This document shows positions 48,397 through 56,108 of a stretch of DNA of 64,000 bases, piece after piece. Numbering within the stretch: position 1 is the first letter of the stretch; each line of letters starts with the position of its first letter. Below the pieces are notes generated by a model. The model was not told the origin of the DNA, made no database searches, and saw only the letters and a list, made by a program, of their open reading frames with translations. Source of the DNA: an uncultured Terracidiphilus sp. Lineage in GTDB: Bacteria; Acidobacteriota; Terriglobia; Terriglobales; Acidobacteriaceae. The DNA lies in assembly GCA_964560845.1 (NCBI GenBank), contig CAZLMY010000007.1:6815-70814 (forward strand), given 5' to 3'. The position numbers and the translations under genes are program-made.

Positions 48397-51300
48397 CTAG
48401 TTGACTTGCGGGGTTGGGATGGAGGCCGGAGGGCCTGCTCGCCAAAACTCCCGCAGTCGACTCAAGAGCCGGTCCCGGTCGAGCTTCGTTTGATAGTCGT
48501 CAATGCCCGCGGCGCTGCCTCGGGCGATATCGTCTTCGCCGGCCAGGCTGGTGAGGGCAATGATGGGCAGCCGCGCCGTGAGGGCGTCGCCGCGAATGCG
48601 CCGCGCCAATCCCAAGCCATCCAGCCGCGGCATTTCGATGTCGGTGACCACGGCACGGACGCGCTCATGATTTTGCTGAAGGATCTCCCAGGCGGCTTCG
48701 CCGTCGGGTGCTCCCAGCACCAGGTAGCCGTCTTCCTCAAGGAAACGAGTCACCTGGGAGCGGAAGAAGTCGGAGTCCTCCACCAGCAGAATCGTGTTTT
48801 CCTGTTTGCCGTGGGAACTTGGTTGCGCAATGGCTTGCTGGACAGCCCATTCCGGCCAGGTTGCGTCCACCAGTTCGTAGAGATCGACGATCAGCGCGGT
48901 GCGGCCGTGAATGATGGTGGAACCGGCCACGCCCTTTTGGCTGTGCGTCGTTTGATCGATCTTGGCGCCCGTTTCAACAACATCCACAGGCATGGTTCCC
49001 AGCAAACCCACCTCATGGCCGCGAATGTTGGCAATCATGACCGCAAGTTCAGTCTCGTCGCCAATGGGGTCGACCTGTGCCGTGTCCGACAGCGTGACCA
49101 ACGGCAGGGAGCCGCCGTGGTATTGCATTGTGCGTCGTCCGGCTATTGTCTCCACCTGCTTGGCCGCGATCTGCTCGATGCGCGTCACAGTATCCAGCGG
49201 AACGGCGCAAAGCACATCCGGCGGATTGCGGAACAAAATCAACTGCTGGCTGTCGGCTGTTTGTTCGCGAGCCGCGCTCTCTGCCCGTTCCCGGGCGCTT
49301 GCGGCGCGGGTAACCGCGTCCAGTTTGGCCTTGGCGGCGAGACCTGCAACGTCGAGGATGAGAGCCACGGAGCCGTCGCCCAGGATGGTGGCCCCGGCAT
49401 ACTCTTCCATTCCCTTCAGGTGTGAACCGAGAGGTTTGACGACAATTTCTTCGGTGTCGTGAAAGCTGCCCACCACCAACCCGTAGGTTTGCGTGCCGGT
49501 GTTCACCACTACGATTTCCAGGGTGCCGCCGCTATGGCGCCTATCGCGGCCGGTGCGGACATAAGGCACGGTGGCGGACGTCGGAGGTGCTGGTGGTTCG
49601 CCCTCCAGAGGGATGCGCGGCGAGCGCCTGTCTGCCAGCCGGGTGCGGCGGTCTACCTCGCGACGTCCGCCACGCTCATCGACATAGGTTGGGACAACTC
49701 CCAGCACGTCGGCAAAGCGCACCAGCGGGATGAGCTGATCGCGCAAGAGCAGAACTTCAGCATCTCCCACGATCTCAATGCGGGTCTTGGCCGCGCCGGG
49801 AAGAACGTGCCGCAACTCCTGCACGTTGGTCTGCGGAATGGCGAAGCACTCGCCTTCGACGGAGACGATCAGGGAGGGAATAATGGCCAGTGTCAGCGGC
49901 AATTTGATGCGAAAGGTTGTGCCCTTGCCGACCACCGAGAGGATTTCGACTTTGCCGCCGAGACGATCGAGGTTGGTCTTGACCACGTCCATGCCCACGC
50001 CGCGTCCGGAGACGTCGTTGGCCTGCTTGGTGGTGGAAAGTCCGGGCAGAAAGATCAACGCGGCCTTGTCTTTATCCGACATGCCCTTGAGCTTGTCCGC
50101 GGTGATCAGCTGTTTTTCAAGAGCCGCCTTGGCGACGCGCTCCGGGTCGATTCCCCGGCCGTCGTCGACGATTTCCACCACAACCTGCCCGGCTTCGTGC
50201 CGTGCTTCGATGGTGATCGAGGCCTGGCGCGGCTTGCCGGCGCGAACCCGGTCTTCGGGCATTTCCACGCCATGGTCGACGGCGTTGCGCACCATATGGG
50301 TAAGGGGATCGGACAGGGATTCGATCAGGGTCCTGTCCATGGCGACTTCCTTGCCTCGGATGTCGAGCTGAATATCCTTGTGCAGAGCGGCGGCCAGATC
50401 GCGCACCAGGCGGGGAAACTTGCCGAAGACGTTGCCGATGGGCTGAAGGCGGGTCTGCATGACCACATCCTGCAACTCGCAGGTGATCTGATTGATTCGC
50501 TGGAATGCGGCCTTGAGGGCACGCGGGTTCTGTTGCGCGAGCGTAGAGCGCAACTGATTGCGGCCCAGCACCAGCTCGCCGGCCAGATTCATCAACATTT
50601 CCAGGGTTCCCACGCTGACCCGGATGCTGTCTTCGACTACAGCGGCGCTTGCAGGCGCAGGTTGGTTGGCAGCCGGCTTTGCGGCAGCAGGACCAGGCGC
50701 GGCCGAAACCGGCAGATTGGTTGGCAACACCCGGCTGGGCTGAATTTCGGCAGCCAGAGACAGGGCCACCTGGGGCGGAATCTGTGCAGGCGTTGGCAGA
50801 GCTAACGCCGGCCGTGCGACTGGTTCGAAGAGTGAGGCGGCAGACGCGGAGAGCAGCTTGACTCTGTCTCGATTATGGGGGAACAAGGGGCCAATATCGT
50901 CCGGCTTGATCGCCGTGGCCAGGATAAACCGCACCGGCAGTTGCGTTCCCAGAGGACCGTCGAGCGTTCCGACCGCGTCGAAGTTCACTTCGCAATCGAG
51001 AATCTCTCCGGACTCCATCAACTTGCGGAAGACATCCAGCACATTCTGGCCGCGCCGTTCGATATCGTGGATCAGGTCGTACTCCACGGAGTACAAATAC
51101 CGGCCGGACTCCTTCGACTGGTCGTAATCGAACCTGGAAAGGACCGCGGGTAACCCTCCGCCCTCCGGTGTGACCGCGATGGTTTGAGTCAGCGAGGCCT
51201 TTCGCTCCTGCGGCAAATAGGACGAGGTCAAGCCAGTCAGGCTCAACACCAGGTCGTCGATATCGGCGTCGGCGCTTTCGGCGGGGTGGTTGATCATCTC

Positions 51301-51606
51301 CCGCAACTGGTCGAAGGCCGTCAGCAGCAGGTTGGTGATCTCGGCGTTCGGGACCATTTTCTTCGACCGCACCATGTCCAGCACGGTCTCGGCCTTGTGA
51401 GACAGGTCCTTGACCTTGGTCAGGCCGAAGTATCCGCTGGCGCCCTTGATGGAATGGGCGGCGCGGAATACCTTATTCACCAACTCCAAATCAATGTCCG
51501 CCCCACCCTCTTCGATGGCCAGCAAGTCGGCCTCAATCGTGGTCAGATGCTCCCGCGATTCATTGATGAATTCACCGAGTAATTCGTCGTCCAGATCCCC
51601 ATCCAT
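48397..51606 (-). CDS. cheA: Hybrid chemotaxis histidine kinase CheA: Hpt - dimerisation - HATPase - CheW-like x2 - receiver
   Basis: Hpt: FRAAHSIKGASGYFG. Dimerisation: SIRVSVGTLEMLMNLAGELVLGRNQL. HATPase: HMVRNAVDHGVE, DDGRGID, GRGVGMDVV. Two CheW-like segments (CFAIPQTNVQEL...GATILGDGSVALILDV and LCAVPLDTVTRIEQ...GRTALIVDLYELV). C-terminal REC: ILLVEDSDFFR...VVTDIEMPRLDG. AGGAGA SD. Confidence 0.93.
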   Translation of the reverse strand: MDGDLDDELLGEFINESREHLTTIEADLLAIEEGGADIDLELVNKVFRAAHSIKGASGYFGLTKVKDLSHKAETVLDMVRSKKMVPNAEITNLLLTAFDQLREMINHPAESADADIDDLVLSLTGLTSSYLPQERKASLTQTIAVTPEGGGLPAVLSRFDYDQSKESGRYLYSVEYDLIHDIERRGQNVLDVFRKLMESGEILDCEVNFDAVGTLDGPLGTQLPVRFILATAIKPDDIGPLFPHNRDRVKLLSASAASLFEPVARPALALPTPAQIPPQVALSLAAEIQPSRVLPTNLPVSAAPGPAAAKPAANQPAPASAAVVEDSIRVSVGTLEMLMNLAGELVLGRNQLRSTLAQQNPRALKAAFQRINQITCELQDVVMQTRLQPIGNVFGKFPRLVRDLAAALHKDIQLDIRGKEVAMDRTLIESLSDPLTHMVRNAVDHGVEMPEDRVRAGKPRQASITIEARHEAGQVVVEIVDDGRGIDPERVAKAALEKQLITADKLKGMSDKDKAALIFLPGLSTTKQANDVSGRGVGMDVVKTNLDRLGGKVEILSVVGKGTTFRIKLPLTLAIIPSLIVSVEGECFAIPQTNVQELRHVLPGAAKTRIEIVGDAEVLLLRDQLIPLVRFADVLGVVPTYVDERGGRREVDRRTRLADRRSPRIPLEGEPPAPPTSATVPYVRTGRDRRHSGGTLEIVVVNTGTQTYGLVVGSFHDTEEIVVKPLGSHLKGMEEYAGATILGDGSVALILDVAGLAAKAKLDAVTRAASARERAESAAREQTADSQQLILFRNPPDVLCAVPLDTVTRIEQIAAKQVETIAGRRTMQYHGGSLPLVTLSDTAQVDPIGDETELAVMIANIRGHEVGLLGTMPVDVVETGAKIDQTTHSQKGVAGSTIIHGRTALIVDLYELVDATWPEWAVQQAIAQPSSHGKQENTILLVEDSDFFRSQVTRFLEEDGYLVLGAPDGEAAWEILQQNHERVRAVVTDIEMPRLDGLGLARRIRGDALTARLPIIALTSLAGEDDIARGSAAGIDDYQTKLDRDRLLSRLREFWRAGPPASIPTPQVN

Positions 51607-51616
51607 GCTGGTTCTC

Positions 51617-51934
51617 CTATTCCCAACTTCCGCTCACATTGAGGCGCCCCGTCAGCCGCATGCTTTGCAACAGGCGGTAGATGTCGGGGCAGACGTTGGT
51701 CACGCGAAGGCTTCCGCCGCAGCGCGCCAGGCTATTGGCGGCTGCAATCAGCAGACCCATGCCGCTTGAGTCCAGCATTTTGGCGCCTGCCAGGTCGAAC
51801 GCCAGTTCGCGCACGCCCTTGTTCAACATGTCTTTGAGGCTTGTCTGCAACTCCGGAATCAAGACCGCGGTCAGATCGCCCGTGAACTTTACGGAACCTT
51901 TCTGGTCGCTGAGTTCTATAACGTATGGCGCCAT
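51617..51934 (-). CDS. STAS-domain anti-sigma-factor antagonist (SpoIIAA/RsbV-like)
   Basis: 105 aa. ...AFDLAGAKMLDSSGMGLLIAA... carries the phosphorylatable DSSG motif. 10 nt upstream of cheA. Confidence 0.88.
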   Translation of the reverse strand: MAPYVIELSDQKGSVKFTGDLTAVLIPELQTSLKDMLNKGVRELAFDLAGAKMLDSSGMGLLIAAANSLARCGGSLRVTNVCPDIYRLLQSMRLTGRLNVSGSWE

Positions 51935-51938
51935 TTTT

Positions 51939-52367
51939 TCAGTTTTCCTTTCCTGCTTGTTCTTTCTTGCTTATCCAGAGTGTGATCTGGTTGCCGCGGC
52001 GATTGAAGCGCACGCGGTCGGCATAGAGGGTGTAGAGGTGCAACCCGCGGCCCGAAGTCGAGGTCAAATCCAATCCTCTTGGTCGGGCCTTGTGCCAGTT
52101 AAAGCCAGTGCCCTGATCGCAGACCTGCAAGCGAATCCACTCCCGTCCCACCCAAAGCCGCAAGGTGACCAGCTTGGCCGGATCGCTTTCATTTCCGTGA
52201 AGAATGGCGTTGTTGAGGCTCTCCCGCATCAACAACTCCACGGCAAAGCAGACAGGACAGAGGTCTTTCTTTTGGAGCAGCGCCCGAATCTGGCCGCAGA
52301 GGGTCTCCACTTCTGCCAATTGCGAAGGGATGACTTGCGAAAAAGTGGGGCTGTCTGCCCGGCTCAT
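51939..52367 (-). CDS. Anti-sigma regulatory factor Ser/Thr kinase (RsbW/SpoIIAB-like, HATPase_c_2)
   Basis: From ATG 52367: ...ESLNNAILHGN (N-box), VCDQGTGF (G1), SGRGLHL (G2). Its ATG overlaps the upstream stop as ATGA (52364-52367). Confidence 0.8.
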   Translation of the reverse strand: MSRADSPTFSQVIPSQLAEVETLCGQIRALLQKKDLCPVCFAVELLMRESLNNAILHGNESDPAKLVTLRLWVGREWIRLQVCDQGTGFNWHKARPRGLDLTSTSGRGLHLYTLYADRVRFNRRGNQITLWISKKEQAGKEN

Positions 52368-53596
52368 CGTTCCACCCCCATAAACAGCGTGTCGTCGGCG
52401 GGAGACAAACCGGCCATGAGTTCGTCGACCACAGCGGGGACCACGTCCCCGAGGGGCGCGCATCGCCGCGCATAACATGCATTGGCCAGGCGCACGAGGC
52501 CTTCCTCGAACGATCCGCCGGTTTCAATCAACCCGTCGGTATAGAAGAAAATGCGGTCGCCCCGCTGCAGGGTCATTTCGGTGACGCCGAAGACTGCGTC
52601 GGGAAATGCCCCGACTACGTCGCCTTCCTGTCGCAGAATCAGCGGTTTGTCCCCATTGTTCGCGACCACGATGGCGGGGGGATGGCCGGCATTCACCAGA
52701 GATAGCTGACCGGTTCTATGGTTGAGCCGGGCATAGATGAGAGTGAAGAACGCGCCCGACGGAAGAATGCGGCACAGCGAGCTATTGATGGCGCGCACGA
52801 TCTCCGGGGCCAGGTGCAAGGGGCCGGCATACTCGTTGGCGAGGGCTTTCAGCGAGGCGGTCCAAAGCGAGGCGGCCAGGTCGTGGCCGCTGGCATCCGC
52901 AATCAGGTAGTCCACGATGCCCTGCCCGGAAGAGAACACGTCGTAGAAGTCTCCGCCGGCGGCAAGCACCTGACGAATCGAAACCTGAAAGGAAGCTTCC
53001 GGCAAGTCTTCAGGGCGGGGCATGAGGCTTTGCTGGGCGCTGGCCAGCAACTGCACCCTCTCCACCTGGAGTTCGGCAAGCCGCTCGTAGGCTCTCTTGA
53101 GCCGCAGATGGGTGCGAACGCGGGCAATCACCTCTGCACCTACGATGGGCTTGGTGATGTAGTCGACCCCGCCGATTTCAAAGCCCTGGACCTTGGTGGC
53201 AATATCGTCGTTGGCGGAGATGAAGAGAATCGGGGTGGTAAAGGCTGTGGATTCCGCATTCAAGGTGCAGCTAACGTCGAAGCCGGACCCATCCGGCAAA
53301 TTGACGTCAAGAAGAATCAGGTCGGGACGCAAGGTTCGGATTCCTTGAACGGCTCCGGAAACGTCCCCTGCGCTAGCGGTGCGAAATCCGGCCCTCTTGA
53401 GGAGGCCTTCAATTGTGCGCACGATGCTGAAATCGTCATCGACGACGAAAACCAAAGGGGAAAGCTCTCGTTCCTCGACGAGTATTCTGGCGTTCTCCAG
53501 TGGAATGACCGGTTCTTTGCGGGGACCCAAGACTCTCAGCCCTTCCTTGCATTCTTGTCGCTTTGCTTCATTTATCGGCAGTTTTGACGTTTTCAT
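52364..53596 (-). CDS. Response-regulator receiver fused to PP2C (SpoIIE/RsbU-type) phosphatase
   Basis: REC: LVFVVDDDFSIVR...DLILLDVNLPDGSG...KP. PP2C: GGDFYDVF, ADASGHDLAAS, FFYTDGLIE, DDTLFMGVER. Confidence 0.9.
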   Translation of the reverse strand: MKTSKLPINEAKRQECKEGLRVLGPRKEPVIPLENARILVEERELSPLVFVVDDDFSIVRTIEGLLKRAGFRTASAGDVSGAVQGIRTLRPDLILLDVNLPDGSGFDVSCTLNAESTAFTTPILFISANDDIATKVQGFEIGGVDYITKPIVGAEVIARVRTHLRLKRAYERLAELQVERVQLLASAQQSLMPRPEDLPEASFQVSIRQVLAAGGDFYDVFSSGQGIVDYLIADASGHDLAASLWTASLKALANEYAGPLHLAPEIVRAINSSLCRILPSGAFFTLIYARLNHRTGQLSLVNAGHPPAIVVANNGDKPLILRQEGDVVGAFPDAVFGVTEMTLQRGDRIFFYTDGLIETGGSFEEGLVRLANACYARRCAPLGDVVPAVVDELMAGLSPADDTLFMGVER

Positions 53597-53597
53597 T

Positions 53598-53629
53598 CGA
53601 AGAAAATCAAGGAGGCAAACCCGGCCTCC
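53598..53629 (-). terminator. Weak hairpin/attenuator candidate between the Hpt gene and the REC-PP2C gene
   Basis: Minus strand reads GGAGGC-cgggttt-GCCTCC followed by TTGATTTTCTT. Only a 6-bp stem. Confidence 0.3.
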
Positions 53630-53690
53630 GATTCAACGAAGGCGATCGCCGACCACCCTGCATCTGAAACGCTGCAAGTGCTTGGGGCGT

Positions 53691-55097
53691 TCAGCTACTG
53701 GCTTGAGTGAGGTGCTCTGTCATTGCATCTTCGAGTTGAAAGAACGCGAATTGCAACGCATCCACTTGACCGGCAACCGATTCGAGATCGCCCGCTATCC
53801 CAGCCTTTTCGATTCTGTGGGCGAGGGCCCTCAGCGCTTCGCCGCCGATGTTCGCCGCGGCTCCCTTGATCAAGTGCGCCTTGCCTCCCGCGCCCTGCGG
53901 ATCACCGCTTTCGGCCAGAGTGCGCAACGCCTCGATCTGGCGGGGCATGGCGTCAAGGAAATCGCGCATCACGAGTTGAATCAGCTCTTCGTCATTCATC
54001 AGACGACTCGCCATCCCAGCCCGATCGAAGACAATTGGCAAGCCCGGTAGCGGCAAAGCGGGAGGCGCGCCCTCGGTGAGGAGCGGTGGGGTTTCAGTTG
54101 TCGGTGAGGTCTCGGCAGCTGGACCCGGCATCCAACGCGAGAGCACCTCTGCCAACACCTTCGAATACACCGGTTTAGAGACATAATCGTTCATCCCCGC
54201 CTCGATGCACTCCAGCCGATCGCTCTGCTGGCAATGAGCGGTCATCGCAATGATGGGGATGTGTGGATTCATGGTCGGGAAAGCCGAACTGCGGATCTGG
54301 CGGGTAGCTTCGAGGCCATCCATCTGCGGCATCTGCACGTCCATCAGCACCAGGTCATAGGCGTGGGAAGCCAGCGCCTGGAGTGCCTCGATTCCGTTCT
54401 CTGCGATATCCGCAGTGAGGCCAAGCATGCCGAGGATGCCCAGAGCCACCTGCTGGTTGGTGGAATTGTCCTCAGCAAGCAGGATTCGTGCCTCGATACC
54501 CGCGAAGATTTTTTGGGATGGGGCGGAAGAATGGGCCGCTGTGCTGTTCAGAGAGTTGACCTTGGCTGGGGACAAATCAGGGATGGCGCGGGAGCGTTGC
54601 CGACCAACAAGTGGCTTGTTTCCATCACCGGACAACAACTCCTCTTCGCGGTTCCCGCCAACGATGGAAGCATTGAGATTCGCGAAACCGATCTCGGCTT
54701 CGGAGGATTTCACGATTGGTTGGTGTTCGAGCACATTCTGGATGATCGCGATGTAGCCGTCGACCGCCCCCTCGCCACTCCGAATGGGCGAAATCTCAAT
54801 CTCAGCAGTGTAAAGCGACCCGTCCTTGCGCCGATTGATCGCTTCGTCGTGCCAAGCTTCTCCGGCTCGAATCCTCTCCCAGATCTGTGTGTAAAACGCC
54901 TGCGAATGCCTTCCGGGACTGAGAACTCGATGGGTCTGCCCCACCAGCTCCTGGCTGGCGTATCCAGTCATTGTGGTGAAAGCCGGGTTCACGAACTGAA
55001 TGATTCCGTCCAGGTCGGCGATGACGACAGCGACGTCCACGCGCTCGACAGCCTTGAACATGCCAGAGCAGACCAGCCCTTGGTTGGTGTTGAACAC
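53691..55097 (-). CDS. PAS - receiver - Hpt phosphorelay protein (no HisKA/HATPase core)
   Basis: GTG 55097 preceded by AGGGAGG at 6 nt. PAS: VVIADLDGIIQFVNPAFTTMTGYASQELVGQ...RKDGSLY. REC: ILLAEDNSTNQQV...DLVLMDVQMPQMDG. Hpt: GKAHLIKGAAANIGGEAL. Confidence 0.85.
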   Translation of the reverse strand: MFNTNQGLVCSGMFKAVERVDVAVVIADLDGIIQFVNPAFTTMTGYASQELVGQTHRVLSPGRHSQAFYTQIWERIRAGEAWHDEAINRRKDGSLYTAEIEISPIRSGEGAVDGYIAIIQNVLEHQPIVKSSEAEIGFANLNASIVGGNREEELLSGDGNKPLVGRQRSRAIPDLSPAKVNSLNSTAAHSSAPSQKIFAGIEARILLAEDNSTNQQVALGILGMLGLTADIAENGIEALQALASHAYDLVLMDVQMPQMDGLEATRQIRSSAFPTMNPHIPIIAMTAHCQQSDRLECIEAGMNDYVSKPVYSKVLAEVLSRWMPGPAAETSPTTETPPLLTEGAPPALPLPGLPIVFDRAGMASRLMNDEELIQLVMRDFLDAMPRQIEALRTLAESGDPQGAGGKAHLIKGAAANIGGEALRALAHRIEKAGIAGDLESVAGQVDALQFAFFQLEDAMTEHLTQASS

Positions 55098-55146
55098 AGT
55101 TGGCCTCCCTGGCGCAAAGCTGTACTTTGCTTATCGTCCGATGTGC

Positions 55147-55156
55147 ACAGATCTGT
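55147..55156. promoter_or_regulatory. Perfect 10-bp palindrome ACAGATCTGT upstream of the che/partner-switch cluster
   Basis: Lies 50-60 nt upstream of GTG 55097. Also flanked by the 7-bp inverted repeat GCTGTAC (55119-55125) / GTACAGC (55155-55161). Function is inferred only. Confidence 0.2.
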
Positions 55157-55211
55157 ACAGCACGTATTTTGTCTCAAGAATTTGGAGAGCAATAACAACT
55201 GGGTCCCTTAG

Positions 55212-55556
55212 CCAGAAACTCCTTTACAGCTCGGCGAGCGACAGCCTGAGCGTGACAAGAAAGAAGATGTCATGGGCTATTTTCCCAAGTGGGGTAACAT
55301 TGGTGGAACCTTTGGCGAAACCGGCGCTAAGTTAGCCGTTGTTATGGGTACTTAATGGACAAACTTCGCCAAGACCGGCAATCCGAATTCGAGCGACAAC
55401 TCGAACTCGGCAGCCTTGCCGGACTGGCCGCAGTTGGACGACGCGCAAAGCTATCTTCAATTCGGGGCGGAGGGCCAGGTCGCACATGCGGCGGGGCTGC
55501 GCAGCACCCAGTGCCGTGCGTATGCTGGGGCGCTGGCCAGGCGCGACCGCCGATGA
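55212..55556 (+). pseudogene. C-terminal remnant of a type-B carboxylesterase gene with an in-frame stop
   Basis: Own translation: ...AKLAVVMGT*WTNFAKTGNPNSSDNSNSAALPDWPQLDDAQSYLQFGAEGQVAHAAGLRSTQCRAY... WTNFAKTGNPN...WP...GLRxxxCxF/Y is the conserved C-terminal pattern of carboxylesterase/cholinesterase enzymes. TAA at 55353 replaces the expected Tyr. About 400 N-terminal codons are missing. Confidence 0.6.
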
Positions 55557-55655
55557 AACTCGCAGGCAGGCGGCCGGGTTGCTGTGCCGGCGTGCCTGCC
55601 GTCCGGTTGAGGCGATCAATTCTGTTGCCCTGCGCATTGCGTGCATGGCGTCTCC

Positions 55656-55829
55656 CTAACGAGGACTGTCGAGGACCGCAATCAGCAGGGCAAGCACAGT
55701 AAGGCGAACGCTGCGCCTGCGCCGTACGTTGCGCTCCGCCCTCTTTTCATCCTGGAAGCGAATTGCCGTTTTCACTCTCTCGAATCTGCCTCGTTGGTCA
55801 TCCATCACAAACGATCTTGCCTGATTCAT
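55656..55829 (-). CDS. Candidate small tail-anchored membrane protein (57 aa, below ORF-track cutoff)
   Basis: Own translation: MNQARSFVMDDQRGRFERVKTAIRFQDEKRAERNVRRRRSVRLTVLALLIAVLDSPR*. GGAGAGGAAGG 8 nt upstream of the ATG. No homology evidence. Confidence 0.25.
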   Translation of the reverse strand: MNQARSFVMDDQRGRFERVKTAIRFQDEKRAERNVRRRRSVRLTVLALLIAVLDSPR

Positions 55830-56108
55830 ACACGCCGCCTTCCTCTCCGGGACTCACCGACAATCTCTAGCGCCTTCGACAATGCCCTAACTCGGAACCA
55901 ATGCACTGAAACCGTTCGATGCTTAGTCGCAACGGTCACACACATGGTTCAAAGGACTGCATCTCTTTTGAAAACACCGTAATGCCGCATCCCACTAGCT
56001 CTATCGACGTGCGCAAAGGTGAGCTACATCTGCCCGGGCGGCATTCGTAGTGAAGTTACCAGAAAGGAGTCAGTGTCCTGATTTGGAACGTACGGCCTGC
56101 GCCTCAAA

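Noticed and set aside
48346-50805. 359-aa and 448-aa plus-strand ORFs (48346-49425 and 49459-50805)
   Set aside because: Both are antisense to cheA, and neither has a domain signature. The cheA frame has complete Hpt, HATPase, CheW and REC motifs and a good SD.
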